Source: Asterias rubens
Lineage: Eukaryota
Direction: 5' to 3'
Assembly (NCBI RefSeq): GCF_902459465.1
Contig: NC_047080.1
Location: forward strand, 1,302,001 to 1,366,000
DNA length: 64,000 nucleotides
Under the pieces are notes generated by a model. The model saw only the letters and a list, made by a program, of their open reading frames with translations. It searched no databases and was not told where the DNA came from. Below, in pieces: positions 25,801 through 36,481 of the stretch. Position 1 is the stretch's first letter; every line of letters begins with the position of its first letter. The translations under genes and the position numbers were made by a program.

Positions 25801-26625
25801 TTGCGTAGTTGATTTTCTGTCGCCCACAGGGCCAATGAAAGTTCAAAGGACACATACATAGAGTCTAATTTTGGCGAGATAAAAAACAAAAAAAAGAAGA
25901 GATTTGCGTTGCCAAAATCAAAACGAGAAAAGCAGACTCGTTTTGTCATGAGATGTACGTCTTATGTCATGAGGTTACGGGCGACGACACAGAACGCAAA
26001 TGATAGCTCTTGAGGAGTAATGAGACACCACCAACCAATGAATCAGTGCAATCATTATTCATCCCATGAATGATGATAAAGGCAATCCTAAAGAAGTAGG
26101 CCGATATGCAAATAATTGTGATACCATACATTTACAAATACAATACAAATTGAAAACTAATTTCTACTAACTAAAAATTTAACTAAACCACAAAAGAAGT
26201 TTAAAATACAATTAAAACAATTAATTACAAATTATCAGGATTCAGTCACAGGCAGGCCATCATCAGAGTCAAAAACTCAAAGTTATTTACTATTGAGCTG
26301 AGCTGAGTTTGCAATTAATGACAATCAACTTTTGGTATACTGTTCTGCCTCCCCTCAACGCCTTCGGGACCACGTCCCAACCACGCCTACCCCTTTTATT
26401 ACGCACAAACAAGTCAAGGGGGCTAAATTATCATTCGACCACACACAATTTACAAGCCACGGTTTCCACAAGAAATATATATATTTCAAACTTACTTTTT
26501 GCATTGACTTTGTAAGGACATGTCTTGCATTTCATAACTACCGTTCCATTTTCAGGAAACGGTAAAATGGAGCCACACTGCGGGCAAAATTCTCGCGAAG
26601 AAGCAAATGACCCCTCTCCGTCCAT
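22829..26625 (-). CDS. POLR1H: RNA polymerase I subunit RPA12 (ZNRD1), 122 aa
   Basis: Exons 26625-26496, 25422-25319, 23743-23634 and 22853-22829 total 369 nt with consistent phases. N-terminal zinc ribbon: [10 protein letters not shown]...CKTC. TFIIS-like C-terminal ribbon: CAKCGH...[26 protein letters not shown]. Confidence 0.95.
22922..23091. mobile_element. PIF/Harbinger-like MITE family (ggggtcgatttcacaaagag...gtgaaatcgacccc)
   Basis: Short TIRs flank an internal taggactagtcctaac-type repeat. Other copies occur at ~47905-48060, ~50098-50602 (interrupted) and ~52640-52745. The superfamily is inferred from CWG-like flanks. Confidence 0.55.
24030..25200. repeat. Tandem array of ~190-200-bp units in POLR1H intron 2
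   Basis: About 6 units share ttggccaggg...gcgaa(a/c)ccttt...aaaacctctgaaataaaa...ttggggggttattttt. The units starting at ~24230 and ~24425 are nearly identical. Confidence 0.85.
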
Positions 26626-26757
26626 GTTTTTGAGAAATTCTGATCCAGCATGCGTTCCTTCTGCATTGGACGCACGTGATTTATCAAGCTAGACTTCATC
26701 CGAAAGTTCAGCGTTGAATTGGTAGTAGGGTACCTGACTAGGTATTGGAATCGGAGT

Positions 26758-26772
26758 GTCGCCCTCTGTCGG
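26758..26772 (-). promoter_or_regulatory. CTCF-like motif in the POLR1H promoter region
   Basis: The minus strand reads CCGACAGAGGGCGAC, about 135 bp upstream of the ATG. This is a motif match only. Confidence 0.35.
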
Positions 26773-28395
26773 CGGATGGTGGAGGCTCCCGCGCAAAGTT
26801 TAAGTTTTATTAATTAATTGATGCACCTGCTATATATGCGTACCAATTTGTGTAAGAGGGATACACTAAAGACAAATTAAAGCGATTTTTATTAAGTAGG
26901 GGGAATGGATTTCTGTCTAAGAGAGTGATAAGAGGTAATTCGTATTGGGAGATATTGTTTTGTTATTTTCATTGTTTATATCCTGTTGCGCTTGGTATTT
27001 TTAACCTGAATTAATCAAAACTTCGTCAAGATGCAAAAAACAAAGAAATTGTATATTATTTTGTTTAATCCGTGAAAATGCTGACAAAAATAGTTTTTTG
27101 CCCGCTTTACAATTGTCTTTTATTTTGCCTAAAATGCATGTTTTTTAAGTAAACCACAGGGGTAAACCATAATAATAAAAACAGAAGGGGAAGAAAAAGT
27201 AACGTTTTCGTTGCTGTGGGGGATCGGCGTTTTTGTTTTCTTGGTTTGAAGTTTTTCTAATTAGAGAAAATTATATTGCAATTCTCGGGTATTATTTTAT
27301 CTGACGTTTGGCGAGCAGACAACCGGTGATGAAGGAGAACGTTGGATAAAGGCATGTATTACACGCCTACTATACATAAAGCAACTTAATAACGTTTTGT
27401 CACAAGCTTCCATCCTGCGTCTTTTGAATTTAACATCACCGACTTTATGTTGCAAATTTCCCCCAATTTTTCAAGTTAGATATAAATTAACACAACACTT
27501 AGCTTAGCACTGATGTAATGTTTAGTGAATTTTAACAACGCCTTGTGATTGATTATGGTCGAATGCCTAGTTATGGGACTATAACAATTGTCAACATTAT
27601 ACGAAAACAAAATGCACACTAACTGTGTTCCTGTTTTTGTCCATAATTATAGCTTGATAGCAAAATGATACGTTTAATTGTATCTAAATATTACCATTGA
27701 TGACAATACCTCTTTAATAACAGACTCGGTAAACAGAAGCGGGTGATTATCAGTGTCAAGGGTGATTAAGGTTGTAACCGTGCCTTCATATAAAACAATT
27801 TTTGTTTGCATTGTGTTTTATCAGATTACGTAAATAGCTGGTATGAGCATAACAGTCTTGACTCGTGTACTTTGTGTTTAATGTAAACCAAAGTTACAGT
27901 ATAGGGTGCATTTTTATGGCCACATACTAGTATAATATTGCAAAGTACAATGTATTTACAGCATTGTCACCGTCATTGCAACTGAGGTACTTGTTGCTAC
28001 GAAAACGCACGCATGTATAGTATTCTAGGCCCGCTACCTTCCTCATTAAACTTCGAAAAGCAAACAATCCATTTTCTGCAATCAAATCATTGATTCAGTT
28101 TGCCTTGTGTTTGAAGAACCAGGAAAGAAACACAGTTAAAATATCGAAGTTTGTAGGCCTGACCACTGCCTTCCTCTTTTGAACATGTGTGTATCATTAT
28201 TGAGTTTTTGCATGAAGTTCTACCTCGATGCATGAACAATCAATTTCGAAAAGCAAACAATCCATTTTCTGCACTCAAATCAATGATTCAGTTTGCCTTG
28301 TATAATTATAAAGAACCACGTAGGACGAAAACACACAATACATACAGCTAAAATATCGAAGTTGTGCCTTCCCCTTATAAAAGTAGTATGAGCAT

Positions 28396-28873
28396 TGAAA
28401 AGAAGGTGTACTTGAACTTTGATTTATTGGTGATCATATACCCGTGGTTCTATAGAGAAAGCAGAAATTAACCCCAATCAATTATACATATTGGGCTGGT
28501 AACAGTAATCATCGTTATACATTATACGCTATGATATGGGCCTACATGTACATTTATATGCATTGTAACAATGTGGATGTAAACAAATTGAAACGTGAAT
28601 TACATGGAAAACCAACTTCCCTTAAAATCACCCTTTGTAATAATTAAAACAGTACTCACGATTAGGATGTACGCACGGGACTTTGGTGATTAATAAAAGT
28701 GATTCGATGATTGGATTAACCTGGATATTTAGGAATTATTTGAGGAATTTACGTGATTAGTTTGGATTTGGACTTGTAAAATGGCGATTGGTATGATAAT
28801 GGAAACATTGGAGATTTTGATTCAAGAGAGGGCGCTATAACGAAAACTGTCCTGTTGCGGAGACTTTCTGACA
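28396..28873 (-). repeat. 3' LTR of the BEL element
   Basis: No difference from 35062-35539 was found by eye. The minus strand has AATAAA near the LTR 3' end. Confidence 0.97.
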
Positions 28874-28946
28874 GCCACCCCAAATTTAGGCTCTAAATTT
28901 TATCAAACAGAGAAAGTCTTCAAAAGTCCACGATAGGTGTCCAACT

Positions 28947-31900
28947 CTAGGGGTCTTCACTATCGGTGATCTCAGGTAGGCGTATCAGACGCGCAACGGG
29001 TCTGGTGTATTCGCGATCAGCGACTTTAACTCTGGCTGCTCGGATGCGATCATCAACTCCAGGAAGTGTCTCGATGACTCTACCAACTAGCCAATGAGCT
29101 CTAGGCTGCTGAGGGTCGGCAATCATGACAACATCGCCACAGGTGAGGTTACGGCAGTCCTTTTGCCATTTTGGGCGAAGTTGGAGGCTTGGCAGGTAGT
29201 ATTTCAGGAAATGTGACCAGAACTGGTCCGCTAGTACTTGGCTGTGGCGCCATCGGCGTCGTCCTATCAGCTCGTCGACAGGGTATACTACTTGCGGAAG
29301 TGACTGGTCATGGCGTCCCATCAGTAGGATATTCGGAGTTATGGGATTGATGTCTGCAACATCAGATGAGATGTAGCCCAATGGCTTGGAATTGAGGATG
29401 CCTTCAATTTCTATCAGGACGGTGCGGAGTACGGCTTCGGTGACTGATTGGTCCTTGATTACAACCTTGAGACCGTCTTTAATGCTCTTGATCTCTCGCT
29501 CCCACACTCCGCCGAAGTGAGGTGCACTGGGTGGATTAAACTTGAATCTCACTTTCTGGTCGCCTAGTTGTGCTGCAAGGTCAGGTTTCATGGCATGGAA
29601 TGCTTCCTGTAATTCAGTTTCAGCTCCCTTGAAATTGGTTCCGCAATCAGATAGCAACTCATAGGGCTTCCCTCGTCTGGAAATGAAGCGCCGAAAGGAC
29701 ATCAAGAAGGCATCGGTGTCCAGGCCTTCTAAGAGATCTATATGAATAGCTCTGGTCGTCATACACTTGAAGATCACCCCCCACCTTTTCTCGGAGCGGC
29801 GACCAATCTTGACATGCATCGGACCGAAACAGTCAACACCGGTAGAGTAGAAGGCTGGCTTAAATAGACGGAGACGGGACGGAGGAAGATCACCCATCTT
29901 TGGTACTTCGGGTTTTGCGCGCCATTTGCGGCATTCAAAGCATTGATGCTGATGACGACGAATTGCCTCCCTTCCCCGGAGTATCCAAAACTTGCGTCTT
30001 AATTCAGCTAGAATACGTTCTGGACCATAGTGAAGAAGCTTCTCGTCATAGTCACGTATTATCAGCTTGGTGATGTGGTGATGAGGATCAAGGACGATTG
30101 GGTATTTAACAGCATCGGAGAGGATTTCTGCCCTACGTAGTCGTCCTCCAACTCTGATGAGCTTTGCGGTTTCGTCATAGGCTGGGTCCAACTGTGAGAG
30201 CTTGCTCCCGGACGGTATTCCTCGTTTGGCCTTTAAGGCAGACAGCTCTTCAGGGAAGCTTTCGAGTTGGCATTTTTGGTACAGAAGATTTTCGATGTCC
30301 TCCCGCAACTGTGCTGTGTCATCTCCAGGTTTGGCCACCCCGTGAAGGGATAGTTTGAAAGCCTCTACCAGAGCGTCCCAGCTGTTGTACTGATGGAGAT
30401 CGGGCTGCAATGGGTTTTCTACAATGGCAGTCTTACCACAGAAGGTTGCTTTCTTCAGCTCTGTTGCATCCTCTGTAGGGTCAGTGATTGGACTTTTCGG
30501 CCACTGAGACGGAGGTTGACGAAGATAGAGTGGGCCTGTCTTCCATCGGGATTCTTCACTCAGTTCTTTGAGTGACTTACCCCTGGTAATGTCATCGGCA
30601 GGGTTGTTCTGGGTGTCCACATAGCGCCAGTCCTGCACATCTGTAAGGGTCTGTATTTCGGTGACACGAGTACCAACGAAGACCTTATATCGGCATGATT
30701 CTGACTTCAACCACTGCAGGACCGTGGTCGAATCGCTCCATAGGGTGACCTTGTTGATCTCTAGGGTAAGTTCCTTACGAAGGAGATCGGCTAGTTGTGC
30801 ACCGGTGAGAGCTGCTGATAACTCGAGTCGTGGCATCGATAGTTGTCTTTTCGGTGCCACTCTGGATCGAGACATGAGAAAACTGACGCTGACGTTCCCC
30901 TTGTCATCTTCAGTGCGGAGGTAGGCAACTGATCCGTATACTCGTTCAGATGCGTCACAGAAAACATGTAGTTCTCTATTGGAAGTCACTGTGTTGACAT
31001 CAGGCGGGGTGTAACATCTCGGCAGTTTAACCAGAGGAAGGTCGGAGAGCTCCTCCTCCCAAGTGAGCCACTGATCACGGATCTTTCCTGGTTCCAGAGG
31101 GTCGTCCCAGTCTCGTTTTGTCTTCCAAAGGTCTTGCACTAGCACCTTAGCACGTGCTGTGAAGGGAGAAATGTAGCCAATTGGATCATACTGGCTAGCA
31201 AGAATCTTGTAGATAGTTCGTAGGTTGAGCGTCGAGTACTCAGTTGATCTGTGTTTATAACTGAGTTCGTCTGTTGAACATTGCCATCGAAGTCCAAGGG
31301 TGCCTTCGGACAAGTCGTTCTGACCAAAGGCTAACCAGAGCTCGTAGCCTTCAGATCTGGCATTAGATGGAAGTTCATCAACTACTGAAGGGATGTTGCT
31401 GGCCCATTGTCTGATGTTGAAACCACCAGTTGAGAGTAGCTTTCGCATCTTCATAACGAGCTCCTTTGCTTCGGATATGGTAGGTTTACTGTCAAGGCAA
31501 TTGTCGACGTAGAATGCCTGGTCAACTGCACTGCAGACATCCTTGTCATCGCTGACGTGTTTGCGTAGTGCAAATGTGGCACAGCATGGGCTGCACGTGG
31601 TGCCAAATGGTAAAACTTGCCATTCGTAGATATCTGGCTCAACGTCTCGGTTCATCTTACGCCATACAAATCGAAGGAGAGGTTTGTCTTCAGGGAGTAG
31701 TCTCACTTGATGGAACATTGCCTGAATATCCCCAGATATGGCAACAGGGTGTTGGCGGAATCGCAGGAATACGCCGAGCAGTGAAGCACCTTGTGTTGGC
31801 CCTGGTAGTAGGTGATTGTTGAGGATCTTGCCTTCATACTCGTAAGAGCAGTTGAATACCAAGCGGTGTTTTCCATTGTGCTCAACTACGTGGTGCGGAA

Positions 31901-34900
31901 TATACCAGGACTCTTCAGTTTTCAGAGCTTCTTCGTTGCTGATGATTTTCACAAAGCCTGTGTCGACAAGGGTTTGGATAAGCTTGTTGTGAATTTCAGC
32001 TTTATCTGGGTGTTTTTGGAGGCGTCTTTCGTTCCGCTTCAGGTTTTGCATGACGGCTTCCTTAGTAGCTCTGAATTTGTTGTCGTCTTTGGTGCGAAGT
32101 AGAGGAGTGGCGTAGCGCTGAACTCCGTCAATCTCTATTCTGATGGTTTTCTCTTCAAGTGTCGCTATGGCTTGCTTATCTTGTTTCGAGCGAGTGACTT
32201 GCTTTTCAGAGTAGGGTAGGATGTCTGCTTGCCAGAGTCGTTCAACATTTTTAAGCAGATCTGTGGTTGGCTGAAGGGTTGTCGTGAATAAGCACTGTTG
32301 CTCTTCTGATTGGCTTTGAAGGAGATTGGCTGGACCCTGTAGAGACCAACCAAGTTTTGTGCATACAGCTAATGGTGCTCCTCTGGGGCCAAATCGAACT
32401 GGTTGTATCGGGTGAATGAGGTCAGCATAGTCTGAACCAATCAGGATTAGTGGGCAAGCCTTATTGATCGGAGGCAAGGGTATCTGACGAAGGTGTGACC
32501 ATCGTTTCTTGAGGGCTTCAACAGGATACGAGTACTCAGAGAGGCACAAGTTGTTGGCAGCAAAGGCACCATTGATAGGATATCTGACGTCAGAGTTGTC
32601 CCTGGGTGACACTTGCAGGTTAACTGATTTTCCTGCACATAGGAATGGCTCACTGCGCACTGTAGCCAGGAGTATGTTGTCTTCTACCCCAGAAAGCTTC
32701 AACGCTTGAACAGCTGGCATCAGGATCATGGTTCGCATTGAACCGTCGTCAAGGATGGCATAGGTCTCTATCATCCCTCCTGGTCCGTGAAGCAGAACTT
32801 TTACCACCTTTAGCATAATATGATGTGGTCGGGAGGGTTGGTCGATGAAGAGGGCTTGCGTTACTGCTTCTGTGACGTAAACCTTACTAGCTCCGCTCTG
32901 GATGGCAGCATGGAGGGCAGTCAGGTGCTGTTCTTTGCAGGTGTTACAAGGTTTCTTCAGGGTGCAGTTTTCTGGCTTGTGGGAACGCCCACACCTCCAG
33001 CACCTATTCTTTTCCTTGATCCAGTTAATGATCTGTTCGGTTGTCAACTGTTTAAACTCTGTACAGCTGTTGAGGTAGTGTGTTGTCTCGTTACACTTGG
33101 GACAGTAGGCTTTGGGTCTGTTTGGGCCCTTCTGTCCAGAGTAAGTGGTGTTCGTCGATGGGGGCATCGTTGGTGTTTCGTTTGTGACGAATACTGCTGT
33201 TGCAGGAGCATTCCTCTTCTGAAAGTGTTTATCCTTCTTATCAGTAGAAGGGTTGTCACTCTTCTGGATAGCAGTAGCCTGACTGACAATTCGCCTCGCT
33301 CGGGACTTCGTTTGCAACCAGTTTGCAAAGTGGAGTAGGGTATAGGTGTTGTTGGAGTCTACCTTAATTATGTCTCTACTAATGCAGTGCTCCACAAATC
33401 TATCTCTGTAGCTTGATGGAAGTTTGCTTAGGAGTCGGTCGACATGAGAACCGCACTTTAATTCATAGCCATTCTCTCCCTCCAGAGATTTAAGCATCCC
33501 TACCAATGAATGCACGGAGAGGGAAAAGTTCTCAAAGGCGTCATTGTCGTTGTACTTCACAGGGGGCATACTCAGGATGGAGTTGATTTCACTCTGTATC
33601 AACTGCCGTGGTTGACCGTACCTTTCTTTCAAGGCTTGCAGAGCTGCAGTGTATGGCTTGGCTTCATGGATGAAAGCTTCGGCTAACCTCTTGATGTTCC
33701 CGCTGAGTTTACCCAGCAAAACCTGGTACTTGTACGGCTCGGTTAAGTGGGGATGAACGTCGATCAGGTTATCGAGTGCCATTTTTAGGAGGGCAAAGTC
33801 TTTCTCCTTTCCACTGCTGAAGGTAGGTAGTACTGGCCTTGGTATGCCATATGAAGAGGCAATCAGCATCTCCGTGGAGTTCGGCATCATCATTTGTGCT
33901 GGAGCTGGCCCCATTGGATGTGATGGAGCCGGGTACGGTTGTGCGAAGGGGTTTGGAAAAGGTGGTGCCCAACCAACCGACTGTGTTGGTGCAGTCATAG
34001 GGTACGGATTGGTAACTGCCGGCTGCATGGATGGTGGTGTTACTTTAGATGGAGAATAAACAGCCGGAGTGGTGACATCAACTACGTGTACTTCAGCTTT
34101 GTGCTTATGAGCTGCAGTATTGCTGTATGTAGGGACATCACTCAAGTTGTCTATGTGAGTATTCTCAGCACTGACTGTGATTGTTTGACCCTGGGTTGGT
34201 GAGTCAGACAATGTTGTTTGGTTGATAGAAGATGGGGTCACAGTTTGATGCTGTTTCTCTATCTCTGGTTCTGGATCACTGTTGACCATGGCTGTGATCA
34301 GTCGTGCTTCATTTAGCTGTTGTTCCACTTCTCGCAATCTTCTTTGTCTTGATAGTCGTGTGTTCAGAGACTCGCGCTGACGAAAAGCATTTCGCTCAAT
34401 TTCTTCGGCACGTCTACGAGCCGCAAGGGCTTCTTCGTCTGCGTGTATCCGTGCGGCATATGCCTCATCGTCTAGCCTTTGTAACTCTTCATCTGCTGAT
34501 TGATCTTCCTCAATCTGGCGTTTCATCTCTTCCAGTTCAGCCTGTTTGCGTTGCTGTTTGAGTTTCGCTGATTGGGAGTCACTCAGTATTGACTTGAAGG
34601 AAGATTTACTGTGACGGGACTGTCCGCTGTAGAGTGAGTTCGATGAGTGAGAACTCCTCCGTGAACGAGATGTTTGTGTGGTTACAACGCTATGTTCATC
34701 TGTTCTGCCGGAAGTTGAAGGATGGTGGTCAATAACAAAGTCCTGAAAGTGGGCCGGCATACGTCTGTCACGAGAGGACCGAGAACGGGATTGGACGGTA
34801 ACAGCACTTGTCTGTAGTCCAACTGCTGCAGCTGTAGCTGTGCTGCAAACCCCGGTAGAGGAAGGTGAGGTCTCGACGATGGTGACAGTAACTGGGACTG

Positions 34901-35021
34901 GATGTGTACTGGTAGCTGGACTTGCAACTGGAATAGTAACACCGCCAATGGTAACTGCATGGGTATCATCGAGAGGGGTTGTCTGGTTAATGTTCTCGGT
35001 CTCCATTTCATTCGTAGCCAT
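28947..35021 (-). CDS. BEL/Pao gag-pol polyprotein (~2,020 aa)
   Basis: The ORF is uninterrupted, with a likely ATG at 35021. It encodes Gag with three Cys/His knuckles (CPKCNETTHYLNSC, CWRCGRSHKPENC, CNTCKEQHLTALH), aspartic protease (ILDDGS), RT (LPFGTTCSPC, FYVDNC), RNase H (FCDAS) and integrase (H-H-CFEC, VDCFGP, SDCGTNF, GGVWERE). The PR-RT-RH-IN order and these motifs are typical of BEL/Pao. No env gene is present. Confidence 0.97.
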   Translation of the reverse strand: MATNEMETENINQTTPLDDTHAVTIGGVTIPVASPATSTHPVPVTVTIVETSPSSTGVCSTATAAAVGLQTSAVTVQSRSRSSRDRRMPAHFQDFVIDHHPSTSGRTDEHSVVTTQTSRSRRSSHSSNSLYSGQSRHSKSSFKSILSDSQSAKLKQQRKQAELEEMKRQIEEDQSADEELQRLDDEAYAARIHADEEALAARRRAEEIERNAFRQRESLNTRLSRQRRLREVEQQLNEARLITAMVNSDPEPEIEKQHQTVTPSSINQTTLSDSPTQGQTITVSAENTHIDNLSDVPTYSNTAAHKHKAEVHVVDVTTPAVYSPSKVTPPSMQPAVTNPYPMTAPTQSVGWAPPFPNPFAQPYPAPSHPMGPAPAQMMMPNSTEMLIASSYGIPRPVLPTFSSGKEKDFALLKMALDNLIDVHPHLTEPYKYQVLLGKLSGNIKRLAEAFIHEAKPYTAALQALKERYGQPRQLIQSEINSILSMPPVKYNDNDAFENFSLSVHSLVGMLKSLEGENGYELKCGSHVDRLLSKLPSSYRDRFVEHCISRDIIKVDSNNTYTLLHFANWLQTKSRARRIVSQATAIQKSDNPSTDKKDKHFQKRNAPATAVFVTNETPTMPPSTNTTYSGQKGPNRPKAYCPKCNETTHYLNSCTEFKQLTTEQIINWIKEKNRCWRCGRSHKPENCTLKKPCNTCKEQHLTALHAAIQSGASKVYVTEAVTQALFIDQPSRPHHIMLKVVKVLLHGPGGMIETYAILDDGSMRTMILMPAVQALKLSGVEDNILLATVRSEPFLCAGKSVNLQVSPRDNSDVRYPINGAFAANNLCLSEYSYPVEALKKRWSHLRQIPLPPINKACPLILIGSDYADLIHPIQPVRFGPRGAPLAVCTKLGWSLQGPANLLQSQSEEQQCLFTTTLQPTTDLLKNVERLWQADILPYSEKQVTRSKQDKQAIATLEEKTIRIEIDGVQRYATPLLRTKDDNKFRATKEAVMQNLKRNERRLQKHPDKAEIHNKLIQTLVDTGFVKIISNEEALKTEESWYIPHHVVEHNGKHRLVFNCSYEYEGKILNNHLLPGPTQGASLLGVFLRFRQHPVAISGDIQAMFHQVRLLPEDKPLLRFVWRKMNRDVEPDIYEWQVLPFGTTCSPCCATFALRKHVSDDKDVCSAVDQAFYVDNCLDSKPTISEAKELVMKMRKLLSTGGFNIRQWASNIPSVVDELPSNARSEGYELWLAFGQNDLSEGTLGLRWQCSTDELSYKHRSTEYSTLNLRTIYKILASQYDPIGYISPFTARAKVLVQDLWKTKRDWDDPLEPGKIRDQWLTWEEELSDLPLVKLPRCYTPPDVNTVTSNRELHVFCDASERVYGSVAYLRTEDDKGNVSVSFLMSRSRVAPKRQLSMPRLELSAALTGAQLADLLRKELTLEINKVTLWSDSTTVLQWLKSESCRYKVFVGTRVTEIQTLTDVQDWRYVDTQNNPADDITRGKSLKELSEESRWKTGPLYLRQPPSQWPKSPITDPTEDATELKKATFCGKTAIVENPLQPDLHQYNSWDALVEAFKLSLHGVAKPGDDTAQLREDIENLLYQKCQLESFPEELSALKAKRGIPSGSKLSQLDPAYDETAKLIRVGGRLRRAEILSDAVKYPIVLDPHHHITKLIIRDYDEKLLHYGPERILAELRRKFWILRGREAIRRHQHQCFECRKWRAKPEVPKMGDLPPSRLRLFKPAFYSTGVDCFGPMHVKIGRRSEKRWGVIFKCMTTRAIHIDLLEGLDTDAFLMSFRRFISRRGKPYELLSDCGTNFKGAETELQEAFHAMKPDLAAQLGDQKVRFKFNPPSAPHFGGVWEREIKSIKDGLKVVIKDQSVTEAVLRTVLIEIEGILNSKPLGYISSDVADINPITPNILLMGRHDQSLPQVVYPVDELIGRRRWRHSQVLADQFWSHFLKYYLPSLQLRPKWQKDCRNLTCGDVVMIADPQQPRAHWLVGRVIETLPGVDDRIRAARVKVADREYTRPVARLIRLPEITDSEDP

Positions 35022-35047
35022 AGCCGTAGGTCGCTGGTTCAAATACG

Positions 35048-35061
35048 GGCTCGAAGGACCA
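35048..35061 (-). other. Primer-binding site complementary to the tRNA-Tyr 3' end
   Basis: The minus strand reads TGGTCCTTCGAGCC immediately after the 5' LTR, complementary to the ...GGCTCGAAGGACCA end of animal tRNA-Tyr. Confidence 0.9.
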
Positions 35062-35539
35062 TGAAAAGAAGGTGTACTTGAACTTTGATTTATTGGTGAT
35101 CATATACCCGTGGTTCTATAGAGAAAGCAGAAATTAACCCCAATCAATTATACATATTGGGCTGGTAACAGTAATCATCGTTATACATTATACGCTATGA
35201 TATGGGCCTACATGTACATTTATATGCATTGTAACAATGTGGATGTAAACAAATTGAAACGTGAATTACATGGAAAACCAACTTCCCTTAAAATCACCCT
35301 TTGTAATAATTAAAACAGTACTCACGATTAGGATGTACGCACGGGACTTTGGTGATTAATAAAAGTGATTCGATGATTGGATTAACCTGGATATTTAGGA
35401 ATTATTTGAGGAATTTACGTGATTAGTTTGGATTTGGACTTGTAAAATGGCGATTGGTATGATAATGGAAACATTGGAGATTTTGATTCAAGAGAGGGCG
35501 CTATAACGAAAACTGTCCTGTTGCGGAGACTTTCTGACA
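35062..35539 (-). repeat. 5' LTR of the BEL element
   Basis: It is 478 bp, runs TGTCAG...TTTTCA on the minus strand, and is followed by the PBS. Confidence 0.97.
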
Positions 35540-36481
35540 AGCATTGATCGAGGTGCAGGGGAACACAATGTGGGCGACTGACCGGATCGATTATACAGCG
35601 TATCCGTTGCCATGGGACGAGGGTAACTTTTGAACCCCTTGCAGGGGAATGCAAGGATTTTGCCCAAGGCTTACTTTTTATGGGACGCACAGTTATTGCA
35701 GTAGCTCCATGAGCTAACTTGTTGTAGGCCTACCACACGTGAGTGCATGACCTTCAACATTAGGTTGTCAAGTTGTTTTTTCCTACAAGGAGGGGTTAGT
35801 GTGTGGAACTGCTGACATTCTTGCCATCTTGCCAACCAGCCGAGTCTGCATGGTTTTACTTGGGTTCAAGCCATACAAACAATCCACTCATTTCGGAGTA
35901 TGATATCAATCATGAGCTGTTGTTGGTTGTATACACAATACAAAGCACGGTTGAGTGGTTGGTAATACCAAAAGCGGATCGGGTGTACTTTATATCGCAG
36001 TGTGAACTACAAATTGCTGGATCGGGTGTACTTTATATCGCAGTGTGAACTACAAATTGCTGGAGGGATCCATGTTGACACTCAACACATTGGAGTTACT
36101 GCACCGTGATAAATTCGCTTCTTGTTGGGGACAGGGCAAGCACCTCGACTTCAGATATACATGTACGTTGACTTGGGTGAAATGACTTATTGCTCCATGA
36201 ATGACTACATGAGTTGGATTGCATGATTGTGATAATTAGGTGGTTTACTGTCAGTAGGTAGATGACAAACATGATACTTAGTCGTGTCTAATTAGCCGAA
36301 CTTCTAGCAAGATTGGGTTGTCCAAGATACAATCAAGAGTAGTGCAAACACAGTGACGACATGGGTTCTTAGGTTTGTGGTGTCGCCAGGTAATTAGTTC
36401 CTCACAAAGAGAGGGAAATTATCGTCTGATTGCAACTTGCAAGCTTTAATAACATTCAAGCTCATTAGACATTTTTGGCAG

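Larger units (their letters stand above)
28396..35539 (-). mobile_element. Full-length BEL/Pao LTR retrotransposon (7,144 bp)
   Basis: Two 478-bp LTRs (28396-28873 and 35062-35539) have TG...CA ends. A 5-bp TSD AGCAT lies at 28391-28395 and 35540-35544. There is a tRNA-Tyr PBS, a purine-rich tract (minus strand aaatttggggtggc) before the 3' LTR, and a single gag-pol ORF. Confidence 0.98.

Noticed and set aside
27300-27360. GC-AG first-exon donor (ataaag|gcatgt) for the orphan gene
   Set aside because: It is a weak non-canonical site with no supporting evidence. A canonical candidate exists at 35739.
30164-35064. Many short ORFs overlapping the BEL polyprotein on either strand
   Set aside because: They are shadow ORFs of a long GC-richer coding region and have no independent motifs.
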